Source: Promethearchaeota archaeon
GTDB lineage: Archaea; Asgardarchaeota; Lokiarchaeia; Sigyniarchaeales; SOKP01
Direction of reading: 5' to 3'
DNA length: 42,016 bases
Assembly: GCA_048941265.1 (NCBI GenBank)
Contig: JBHLNT010000020.1
Location: 1-42,016 of the forward strand
Of the stretch, positions 20,449 through 29,034 are shown piece by piece. Both the position numbers and the translations under genes were made by a program. Positions within the stretch are counted from its first letter, which is position 1. Each line of letters starts with the position of its first letter. Under the pieces are notes generated by a model, which did not search any database, was not told the origin of the DNA, and saw only the letters and a program-made list of their open reading frames with translations.

Positions 20449-21909
20449 TTGAAAAACTACGATGTATTGTTTATTCATCCACCTAGATCGTTAAAACCTT
20501 ATAGCAAAAATGAAAAATTTAAACGAGGTGCTTATATTTTCATTCCAATGGGTGTTTTTGCTATTGCCGATTTCCTTGAGAAAGAAGGGTTTGGAGTTAG
20601 AATTTTAAATTATCCTTTAGAGCAATATCTCAATCGTAGTTGGAATTTAACGAATTATATTAAAAAAATCAATTTTAAGATATGCGCGATTGATTTACAT
20701 TGGATTCATAATTCTCATGGAGCTATTGAAGTTGCTAGAATTATAAAAAAAGTAAAACCTAATGTCAAAGTGATTCTTGGAGGTTTTAGCGCTTCATATT
20801 ACCATGATCAAATTTTAAAATATTATAAAGAAATTGATGGTGTAATTCGAGGAGAAGGCGAAGTTCCACTTTTAAAATATGTTGAAGAGATGAATCATCA
20901 TCAATCATTAGATTCTGTGCCCAATTTGTCTTATCGAGATTCCTTAAACCATCTAAAAGTTAATTCGCTTTCCTATACAGCAAAAACATTGGATAATTTA
21001 ACATTTACCAATGTGTCACTCTTACAAAATGCGAAACAATATTTTGAATATAGCCGGAAAATTATGGGAATCTCTTATAATCTTTCTATTGCAAGAGGTT
21101 GTCCATTCAATTGCCCTTATTGTGGAGGAGGTCAGCGTGCTCAGCGAATTTTATGTAATCGAAATAGGGTCATTTTCAGAAGTCCAAAGAAGGTAGTTGA
21201 AGATATCAGTAATATAATCGAAAAATTTAAAGTTCAAAGTTTCTTTTTTGGACATGGTACTTATCCTGCTAATTTAAAATATTGGAAAACATTATTCGGG
21301 TTGATTCAAAAAGAAAAGTTTGAGATTAGCGCAGATTTAGAAATTTATCGGCTTCCATATCCTAAAGAAATGTGGAAACTCTTCCGTAAAACTTTTAATC
21401 CCAGTTATTCATCAATTAGTATTTCTCCTCGAACCTTATCATCTAAAGTTCATCAGCAAATAGCTAAAATATGTGATCCGACTTTTAAATTCCCTAAAAG
21501 TCAAATTAATGATTTAATAAAAAATGCCAATTTATTCAGAACGAAATTAAGAATTTGGTTAACAATTGGTTTTCCTTTCCAAACACATTCTGATGTACTT
21601 AAAGATTTTACCTTTGCAACTAAATGTCTTTTAAAATATGGGAGATCTAATCTCAAACCAATTACTATTATGAGTGAACCTTATCATATTTTCCCTGGTT
21701 CTCCTGCCCATGAATCTCCAAAGAACTTCGGAATAAAATTAAAATATAATTCTTTTTTAGAGGTTGTCGAAGCTTTTAAACGATCTAAAATATCATTTTT
21801 TTATAATGTAATAAATTATGACACAAAACATTTTTCTGAAGCTTCGATTCGACATATAAATATGCTATTCTTTTTAACAGTTGCACCCATGTTCTTTACA
21901 AGTGGTTAA
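20449..21909 (+). CDS. Cobalamin-binding radical SAM protein (Ta0216/TIGR04190-like), paralog of 16281..17762
   Basis: DVLFIHPP, IDLHWIHNSHGAIEVA, GGFSASYY, RGEGE, RGCPFNCPYCGGG. Confidence 0.85.
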   Translation: MKNYDVLFIHPPRSLKPYSKNEKFKRGAYIFIPMGVFAIADFLEKEGFGVRILNYPLEQYLNRSWNLTNYIKKINFKICAIDLHWIHNSHGAIEVARIIKKVKPNVKVILGGFSASYYHDQILKYYKEIDGVIRGEGEVPLLKYVEEMNHHQSLDSVPNLSYRDSLNHLKVNSLSYTAKTLDNLTFTNVSLLQNAKQYFEYSRKIMGISYNLSIARGCPFNCPYCGGGQRAQRILCNRNRVIFRSPKKVVEDISNIIEKFKVQSFFFGHGTYPANLKYWKTLFGLIQKEKFEISADLEIYRLPYPKEMWKLFRKTFNPSYSSISISPRTLSSKVHQQIAKICDPTFKFPKSQINDLIKNANLFRTKLRIWLTIGFPFQTHSDVLKDFTFATKCLLKYGRSNLKPITIMSEPYHIFPGSPAHESPKNFGIKLKYNSFLEVVEAFKRSKISFFYNVINYDTKHFSEASIRHINMLFFLTVAPMFFTSG

Positions 21910-22007
21910 AAATTCCCGATTAAGGGAAAATGAAGATGAAATTTACTCAAACTAAAAAGGATTTTGAATTTCTTTAATAAATTATTTCTTATTTGCTTAT
22001 ATGAAGG

Positions 22008-23414
22008 TTAATGGCAGAGATCTCTCATAATCTCAGCGGTCACCTTTATAAGTTCGAGGGGGCCCATTCGTGAAATGTGAAATTTTACCCCTCGTCTTTT
22101 AATTAGTCTTGTAACTCCTGATCGGGCTCTTTTAAAGGTCATTGTTTCTTTGTAAGCCTTGGCTAAATAATAAAGCAAGTCTTCGGATGATAAATATGGA
22201 TATTTGATAACAGGAATCGACAAGTTAAAATCACGCCAATCTTTGGAAATTAACAGGTTTTCTTTCATCATTTGTTCCATCAGTTTTGTTCCAGGAAGAG
22301 GAGTTAGCAAAGAAAACGAAGCGATATCTATGTCCAGATTTTTAGCGATATCGACGAGAGATTCTAGATCCTTTTTTGTATCTTCGAGGTCTGCACCTAT
22401 AATGATATTTCCCTGGATTATAAAACCGTAATCGTGTAGTATCTTCATTGCGGATTTAATTTCTTGGAATTTAAGACGTTTATTGAGTTTTTTCAAAATC
22501 CGATCGGAAAAGCTTTCCAATCCCAGAAAAAGGTAGACAAATCCAGCATCTGCCATCTTTTTGAAAACATCGGGATGATGGACAACCATATCAACACGAG
22601 CTTGCGCCATGAAATATTTTCTAATTCCGGCTTGAAGGATGGAATGGCATAAATCTACAACGAAATTCTGATCGACTACAAAATTATCGTCAATGATGAA
22701 AATATGACTGGCTCGATTACGTATCTCCTTCGAGTATATCTCTTCCATGACATGCTCAATTCTACGTTTACGATATGTATGTCTATAAAAATGATGGATG
22801 CAGCAAAAATTGCAAGAATATGGACAACCACGAGTGGTTTCAATGCATTCAACAGAAAATCCAAAGTATTTATACGTTTTTTGTGCTGCTGCTGACCGAA
22901 GGCAACGATCAGGAAAACGAATATGCTTTAAATCCATTAATTCGCGGTCTGGATTGTGAATCTGCTTTTGATTCCGCTTGTACGATAAACCGGGTATCCC
23001 AGTAGGATTATTGTTTTGGATCAACTCTCGAAAGGTCAATTCTCCCTCACCTCTGATTACAATATCAACAGAGGGATAATTAAGCGTGTCGTTCGGTACC
23101 AGCGTAGGGTGCCACCCACCAAGAATGGTTTGAGAGCCATGCTTCTTAGCTATACCCGCGATCCTTTGAGCAATATTAATTTGAGCTGTAAAATTGCAAC
23201 TAATCCCTGTGTAGTGTGGTTGAAATTCTTCAATTGTTTTTTCAATTGCCCCAAAATTTACAGTTTTTATTCGATTGTCGAGGATACGGACATCAGCTAT
23301 ATCCTTAATATAGGCTGCTATATATTCCAATCCTAATGGGGAAAACATAAGGCTATCCTGAGGTCCATGATTGTAGAACTCTGGATATCTTGGACATATA
23401 AGTAAAACCCGCAA
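22008..23414 (-). CDS. Cobalamin-binding radical SAM protein (class B)
   Basis: PLGLEYIAA, GGWHPT, RGEGE, TRGCPYSCNFC, IDDNF, LGLES, LTPLPGT. Confidence 0.9.
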   Translation of the reverse strand: MRVLLICPRYPEFYNHGPQDSLMFSPLGLEYIAAYIKDIADVRILDNRIKTVNFGAIEKTIEEFQPHYTGISCNFTAQINIAQRIAGIAKKHGSQTILGGWHPTLVPNDTLNYPSVDIVIRGEGELTFRELIQNNNPTGIPGLSYKRNQKQIHNPDRELMDLKHIRFPDRCLRSAAAQKTYKYFGFSVECIETTRGCPYSCNFCCIHHFYRHTYRKRRIEHVMEEIYSKEIRNRASHIFIIDDNFVVDQNFVVDLCHSILQAGIRKYFMAQARVDMVVHHPDVFKKMADAGFVYLFLGLESFSDRILKKLNKRLKFQEIKSAMKILHDYGFIIQGNIIIGADLEDTKKDLESLVDIAKNLDIDIASFSLLTPLPGTKLMEQMMKENLLISKDWRDFNLSIPVIKYPYLSSEDLLYYLAKAYKETMTFKRARSGVTRLIKRRGVKFHISRMGPLELIKVTAEIMRDLCH

Positions 23415-23691
23415 AACTAAGTAGTCACCTTACATATAACAATCGAAAGCAAATTAAGATTCCATTTCATAATTAATATAACATTTATTTTGTTTTATTC
23501 TTACACTTTTTATTGATTATTTCATTTTATTAAAATTATATATACAAAGAAGACAAATAAAGATGAAAAAATTCAAAAAGTAATAATACTAAATAGTTAT
23601 TTAATCATCAAATTAATAATTTAAATATTAGTAAAATCAATACCTAAAAACACAATTTCTGTAAATATTATTGGAACGGAGCATTTAACAC

Positions 23692-24486
23692 ATGGATAAA
23701 TGTAGCAAACTTAATAAATTGAAAATTATTTTGATTTTGATCTTTATTACATCATTTTTCTTAGTTTCATTAATATATGTGTTTTTAAGTGATATTCCCG
23801 TTTTAATTTCTTTATTAGATAAATATTTCTCCTCTGGAAAATCATTTTTTATTCCTTTTATACCCCCTATTAACGTTTTAAACTTTTTACCGGAAAAATA
23901 TCGAATAATCAGGTTAACCATTGGTCAGCTTATTGATATTTATATTATTTCCAATCTAATTGCTTATATCGATTCCAGTTTTTACCATTATCTTAAAAAT
24001 ATACGCCTGAATAGTGAGTCTTTAACTTTAACTTTAATTGACAATGACTCTTCTAAAGACGATAATGACTTCCGAATTCTACCTCAAAATCCCGGAATTA
24101 TCATTGGATCAGAGGATCAGTCAAAAAAAAAAATGAATTTTTCACATCTCGTATTTGGAAAAAAGAGGCAATATAATTTTAAGAATTATTTGCGTAAATG
24201 GATGGATAAAATAATTATTATAAAAAATAAAAAATTCAAAATTTTGTCTTTTAACCTTTATTACTTTTTGCGGGGTTTTTATAATTATTCTCTTTTTAAA
24301 GTACTTTCGTTTTTGCGTTTGAAAGATCATTATTCCCCTACCGAAATAAATTTTTCAGATACTTTATACCTTTTTTTCCAAGAAGAGGGGAATAACATGA
24401 AAAAAATATATCTATCCTTTGATTTTAAAAAGAAATTTAGAGTCAAACTAAAGGATATTAAAATTCTAAATAATTTCGAAAAATAG
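23692..24486 (+). CDS. Hypothetical protein with N-terminal TM/signal anchor
   Basis: 264-aa ORF in very AT-rich DNA ending 4 nt before the next gene; no family recognised. Confidence 0.55.
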   Translation: MDKCSKLNKLKIILILIFITSFFLVSLIYVFLSDIPVLISLLDKYFSSGKSFFIPFIPPINVLNFLPEKYRIIRLTIGQLIDIYIISNLIAYIDSSFYHYLKNIRLNSESLTLTLIDNDSSKDDNDFRILPQNPGIIIGSEDQSKKKMNFSHLVFGKKRQYNFKNYLRKWMDKIIIIKNKKFKILSFNLYYFLRGFYNYSLFKVLSFLRLKDHYSPTEINFSDTLYLFFQEEGNNMKKIYLSFDFKKKFRVKLKDIKILNNFEK

Positions 24487-24490
24487 GAAT

Positions 24491-25870
24491 ATGGTGAATA
24501 ATATGGAATGGAGTAATGAAATAAATGAATTGTTTAATAAAATTATGGCACTGACACCTGAAATGTTTCGCAAGTCTATAAAACCAATGTGGCGAGAAGC
24601 TGCTGAAAAGACAGCAAGGCTTAGAAATTCCGGTTATATAAGTAAAGATGATTTACTATCTTCTTTATTTGAGATTACTCCCGAAGCATTCAAACCCACG
24701 GTGGCAAATGATTTAAACAAATTAGGAATTGATACACAACGATATATCAAATTGTCTGAAATTAGGAAAAATTATACTCGTACTTGGGAAGAAATTAGTG
24801 GGGCATTTTTACCAGGAGTATATCATTTCACTATATATCTCACAGATCGATGCAACCAAAATTGTCTTCATTGTGCTGCCGCAGTCATGGAGAAACGTCC
24901 AGAATTTCCCACGGAAACTTGGATTGAAATTATTGAGGATCTTGAACAAAGCTTACGAAAACGCGGGCGTCGAGGTTGTTATATATGGTTTGGAGGAGAA
25001 CCTACTATACGTAAAGATCTTAAAGATTTAATAAAATATTGCGGTGAAAAGGGCTATTACCAAGCACTAGCAACAAACGGAATTTTATTTAATGAAAAAC
25101 TGGCGAAATTATGCGCAGATTTTAAGATGAGCCATGTTTTTATTAGTTATGATAGTACAGATCCTAAACGGGCTGCGAAAATTAGAGGGCATCCAAAAGC
25201 ATACGAAGCAGCGGAAAAAGCCCTAAATTTGACTTCAAAATATGGGCTTTTTACTATTGCTAATGTAACTGCACAAAAAGAGAACTTCGATGAATTAGAA
25301 GACTTACAAAAATATTTTGATTCTAAGGGCGTAATTCCCTTTTACAGACCCCTGATCAAACAACGTTCAGCGGATTTAAATTGGGACGAAATCGGCTTAA
25401 GCATGGATGAATATCGACAATTCTATGATTTTAAATATAAAAATGCTATAGAAGCCATCAGAAAAGGAGAAGCATCGGCTCTTAATAAATTCTATACATG
25501 GGATATGGTGCCATTCATGGAGTGTCCTTTAAATGATGAGGAAAGGACTGCGATCGAATGGGGTACAGGATGTCAAGCCTGCCGCTCAATTTCCGGGATT
25601 GATACCAATGGAGATGTATTCCCTTGCGATTATCCCTCTGAATTAACTTTAGGCAACATTCTTGAGCAAAGTTGGGATGAGATTATGGAAACCGAAATGT
25701 TCAAAAAAATTCGAGATAGAAAAATAAAAGGGAAATGTTCAACTTGTCATCATCTTGATTTATGTGGTGGGGGTTGTAGGGTTCATGCTGAAAACGTAAC
25801 TGGAGATTTTTTAGCGGCTCTCCCGTTTTGTTGGCATAAAAACGATCATGAGCATGAAAATTGTAAATAA
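24491..25870 (+). CDS. Radical SAM/SPASM protein with N-terminal PCP_red/DUF2621-like module
   Basis: CNQNCLHC, GGEPT, ATNG; SPASM GCQAC...GDVFPC...CSTC....CGGGC...C. Confidence 0.9.
   Translation: MVNNMEWSNEINELFNKIMALTPEMFRKSIKPMWREAAEKTARLRNSGYISKDDLLSSLFEITPEAFKPTVANDLNKLGIDTQRYIKLSEIRKNYTRTWEEISGAFLPGVYHFTIYLTDRCNQNCLHCAAAVMEKRPEFPTETWIEIIEDLEQSLRKRGRRGCYIWFGGEPTIRKDLKDLIKYCGEKGYYQALATNGILFNEKLAKLCADFKMSHVFISYDSTDPKRAAKIRGHPKAYEAAEKALNLTSKYGLFTIANVTAQKENFDELEDLQKYFDSKGVIPFYRPLIKQRSADLNWDEIGLSMDEYRQFYDFKYKNAIEAIRKGEASALNKFYTWDMVPFMECPLNDEERTAIEWGTGCQACRSISGIDTNGDVFPCDYPSELTLGNILEQSWDEIMETEMFKKIRDRKIKGKCSTCHHLDLCGGGCRVHAENVTGDFLAALPFCWHKNDHEHENCK
24503..24745 (+). repeat. Shared ~80-aa protein module, copy 1 (N-terminus of rSAM/SPASM 1)
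   Basis: MEWSNEINELFNKIMALTPEMFRKSIKPMWREAAEKTARLRNSGYISKDDLLSSLFEITPEAFKPTVANDLNKLGIDTQRY. Confidence 0.85.
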
Positions 25871-25883
25871 TGGGTGGATCTTA

Positions 25884-26126
25884 ATGGAATGGGAACCAGA
25901 AACAGAAAAATTATTTGCAAGAATAGTAGAAAAAATGCCAGAAGGATTTCGTCCTTCCGTTAAACCCATGATTATAGAAGCTGCGGAAAAAAGATGCCTT
26001 GAAAGAAATGCTGCTTATATTAATGATGCGGATGTAGTCTTAGGGATTTTTGATATTATTCCTGAAGCATTTAAATCAATAATGGTTGAAGATTTGACAC
26101 ATTTGGGAATTGATGTTGAGCGTTAT
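25884..26126 (+). repeat. Shared module, copy 2 (N-terminus of rSAM/SPASM 2)
   Basis: MEWEPETEKLFARIVEKMPEGFRPSVKPMIIEAAEKRCLERNAAYINDADVVLGIFDIIPEAFKSIMVEDLTHLGIDVERY. Confidence 0.85.
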
Positions 26127-27299
26127 ATAGAACTTAAAGATATTAAGGATCGACTTAACGTTTCATGGCAAAAACTAGAAAGAGGATTTCATCCCGGAAA
26201 TATTCATTTTGCTATGTATCTCACGGACAAATGCAATCAAAGATGCGTTCATTGTGCTGCTGATGATCTTGTGCCAAGACCAGAATTATCCGCAGATCAA
26301 TGGTATCAGATCATAGAAAATGTTGAAACTGGATTAAGAAAACATGGAAGAAATGCATGTTTTGTTTGGTTCGGGGGAGAACCTACATTAAGAAAAGATA
26401 TTGATAAAATCATGAAATTTTGTAAAGAAAAAGACTATATTCATGCTCTTATTACGAACGGTGTGAAATTTGATGAGAAGTTCGCTAAGATGTGTAAGGA
26501 AAATAATATTAGCCATGTATTTGTAAGTTTTGACAGTGCAGATCCGAAGAAAAATGATTATATTCGCGGATTCTCTAATTCATTAGGCTATGCGAAAAAA
26601 GCTATAGATCTCTGTTTGAAATATGGAATTTTTGTATGTTCTTCAATCACAATCATGAAACAAAATATTGATGAATTGGATAAGCTTAAAGAATTATCAG
26701 AAAAATGGGGTTCCCAACCCTATTTTAGATGTGTAGTCAAACAAAATCGAGCTGCTGAATATTGGGGAGAAATTGGACTTAGTCAGGAAGAATATAAAAA
26801 AATGTACGATTTTAAGTATAAACATGCTATTGAAACGATAAGAAGAGGTAAAGCAGGTACTCTACCAGCATATGAAATTTATGATATGGTTCCCTTTATG
26901 GAACAACCCAAAGATGATAAAGAAATGGCGGCAATCGAATGGGGTGTTGGCTGCTTAGCTTGTAGAACAATGATGGGAATTGGAATAGATGGAACTATAT
27001 ATCCTGCGGGATATCCTACAAAGTTAACGCTTGGGAACGCATTAAAGGATAATTTTGAAGATGTTTTAAATTCTCAACTCTATAAAGATATTCGTGATAG
27101 AAAGAAGATTAAAGGAAAATGTTCATCTTGCCATCATCTTAAATATTGTGGCGGCGGATGCCGCGTAACGGCAGAATATATCACAGGGGATTTTTTCGGG
27201 TCATTTCCATTCTGCTGGCACGAAAATGATCATGAACATGAAACCGATATTTCTCAAATAAAAGAAACCAAATTAATTGAAAAGAAATCTAATTTATAA
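25884..27299 (+). CDS. Radical SAM/SPASM protein, paralog of the upstream gene, same N-terminal module
   Basis: CNQRCVHC, GGEPT, ITNG; GCLAC...CSSC....CGGGC...C. The likely start is ATG 25884 (GGTGG upstream; MEW aligns with paralogs). Confidence 0.9.
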   Translation: MEWEPETEKLFARIVEKMPEGFRPSVKPMIIEAAEKRCLERNAAYINDADVVLGIFDIIPEAFKSIMVEDLTHLGIDVERYIELKDIKDRLNVSWQKLERGFHPGNIHFAMYLTDKCNQRCVHCAADDLVPRPELSADQWYQIIENVETGLRKHGRNACFVWFGGEPTLRKDIDKIMKFCKEKDYIHALITNGVKFDEKFAKMCKENNISHVFVSFDSADPKKNDYIRGFSNSLGYAKKAIDLCLKYGIFVCSSITIMKQNIDELDKLKELSEKWGSQPYFRCVVKQNRAAEYWGEIGLSQEEYKKMYDFKYKHAIETIRRGKAGTLPAYEIYDMVPFMEQPKDDKEMAAIEWGVGCLACRTMMGIGIDGTIYPAGYPTKLTLGNALKDNFEDVLNSQLYKDIRDRKKIKGKCSSCHHLKYCGGGCRVTAEYITGDFFGSFPFCWHENDHEHETDISQIKETKLIEKKSNL

Positions 27300-27317
27300 A
27301 TTAAGAGAAAAGAGAGG

Positions 27318-28742
27318 GTGAGTGTTTTGCGTGTATTAATCTTTTCTGGCAGTCGGGAGATAGTCCATGTAATGGTCCCACCTATAGGAGAAGCATATCT
27401 CGCAGCTTATCTTATGAGTAAGGGACATGATGTAAAATTGCTCGATTTAACCCTCAGTAATGATATTAAAAGAGATATTCCGAAAGCTATTAATGATTTC
27501 AATCCTCATTTAATTGGAATTTCAATTAGGAATGTTGATTCAACAACCTACCCTGGTAATTTATTTTTTTATCTTCCTGTTAAAAATCTTATTCAATATA
27601 TCAAACAAATTGCAGAACCCGAAATTCCAATAATTTTAGGTGGAGCTGGTTTTTCAATTTTTTCAGAAGAAATCCTTAGAGATTTAAACCATCATATCGG
27701 AGTAGTAGGCGAAGGAGAATATGTTTTTGCTGAAATACTAAAAAATCTCAAATTAAATATTGATATAAGGAAGATTGAGAAGGGTATATGTTTTATTGAT
27801 GATAACGGGAACTACTATCAGAAACCACCCTGGCGGGTTGAGAATCTAGATGTCCTTCCTATCCCTATACGAGAATTGATTGATAATGATGCTTACCTTA
27901 TTGATCCATTGAATAAAACAGGAGCAACTTGGGGGAATATTCAAACGAAACGGGGTTGCCATATGAATTGTATCTATTGCAGTTATAGATATATTGAAGG
28001 GTCTACTGTTCGTTATAGATCTCCGGCGAACATCGCTGAGGAGCTTGATTTAATGGTAAATAATTATGGAATAAAAAATATTTTTATTGTAGACAGTGTT
28101 TTCAATTTAGATTATAACCATTTAAAAGAAACTTGTCAAGAGATTATAAATCATAAAATTGAATGTAATTGGGGGGCAAATTATGTTCCGAGTAAGGACT
28201 TCATTGAACTAATACCCCTCATGAAAGAAAGTGGTGCCACACATTTCGCAACAGGCATAGAATCATTTTCAGAGGAAATGTTAAGAAGTATGAAAAAAAG
28301 TCGAACCCCCGATGAGGCTATCCTGACTTCACAGAAATGTGTGGAATTAGAAATTGAACAATTGATTCATATTATAGTAGGTGGTCCTGGGGAAACCCTT
28401 GGAACAGTTCGAGCTTCTTTTAACCAGTTAGAAACTATAAAAAGTTTTAGGGGGAACTTATGGCAAGGAGATGGAGATGTGATAGTATTTATCGGAATGA
28501 GGATCTATCCTCATACTCCTCTCCAACTTATAGCTGAGCAAGAAGGCGTAATTCAAAAGGGTGAGAACCTGCTAAAACCTAAATTCTATCTCTCTCCAAA
28601 GATCAGAGAGATTGATCTGTTTCAAGTAGTAAGAGAATATGGTGAAAATAATCCTAGATGGATGATGCCTGGGCTTGGCTTTAATAATCCGGAAGGATTT
28701 GCTGAATTGAGTCAAATTCAATTTGCGAAATATCAGAATTAA
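27318..28742 (+). CDS. Cobalamin-binding radical SAM protein (resembles the lipid-biosynthesis-associated subgroup)
   Basis: PPIGEAYLAA, GISIRNVDS, LGGAGFSIF, GEGE, QTKRGCHMNCIYCSY, VDSVFN, GGPGET, GMRIYPHTPL, LLKPKFY. Confidence 0.88.
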   Translation: MSVLRVLIFSGSREIVHVMVPPIGEAYLAAYLMSKGHDVKLLDLTLSNDIKRDIPKAINDFNPHLIGISIRNVDSTTYPGNLFFYLPVKNLIQYIKQIAEPEIPIILGGAGFSIFSEEILRDLNHHIGVVGEGEYVFAEILKNLKLNIDIRKIEKGICFIDDNGNYYQKPPWRVENLDVLPIPIRELIDNDAYLIDPLNKTGATWGNIQTKRGCHMNCIYCSYRYIEGSTVRYRSPANIAEELDLMVNNYGIKNIFIVDSVFNLDYNHLKETCQEIINHKIECNWGANYVPSKDFIELIPLMKESGATHFATGIESFSEEMLRSMKKSRTPDEAILTSQKCVELEIEQLIHIIVGGPGETLGTVRASFNQLETIKSFRGNLWQGDGDVIVFIGMRIYPHTPLQLIAEQEGVIQKGENLLKPKFYLSPKIREIDLFQVVREYGENNPRWMMPGLGFNNPEGFAELSQIQFAKYQN

Positions 28743-28791
28743 AAAATTAAAAAAAATAATTAAAAAAATCTAAAAGAAGGTTAATATATAA

Positions 28792-29034
28792 ATGGAATGG
28801 CAACCAGAAGTTAAAAAGCTTTTTGATAAAGTGGTCTTAGGAGTTCCAGAAATGGTAAGACCCGCTGTAGAACCAGCTCTTTTTGAAGCTGCGGAAAAGA
28901 AATGTGTAGAACGAAATGGGAAAGCAGTAGCTGAGGTAGACCTCGTTGTTGCATTGTTTGAGGTAACCCCTCCAGCTTTCCAACCAGTAATGATTGAGGA
29001 TTTAAATACTTTTGGAGTTGATTATGATAGATAT
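28792..29034 (+). repeat. Shared module, copy 3 (N-terminus of the prenyltransferase)
   Basis: MEWQPEVKKLFDKVVLGVPEMVRPAVEPALFEAAEKKCVERNGKAVAEVDLVVALFEVTPPAFQPVMIEDLNTFGVDYDRY. Confidence 0.85.

Noticed and set aside
22008-23414. Apparently higher GC content of this B12-rSAM gene, suggesting recent transfer
   Set aside because: This is an impression by eye only and was not computed. No flanking repeats or mobility genes are present.
28741-28790. A-rich pseudo-repeat (AAAAAATTAAAAAAAATAATTAAAAAAATC)
   Set aside because: This is low-complexity intergenic sequence with no spacer/repeat periodicity, so it is not a CRISPR array or tandem repeat.
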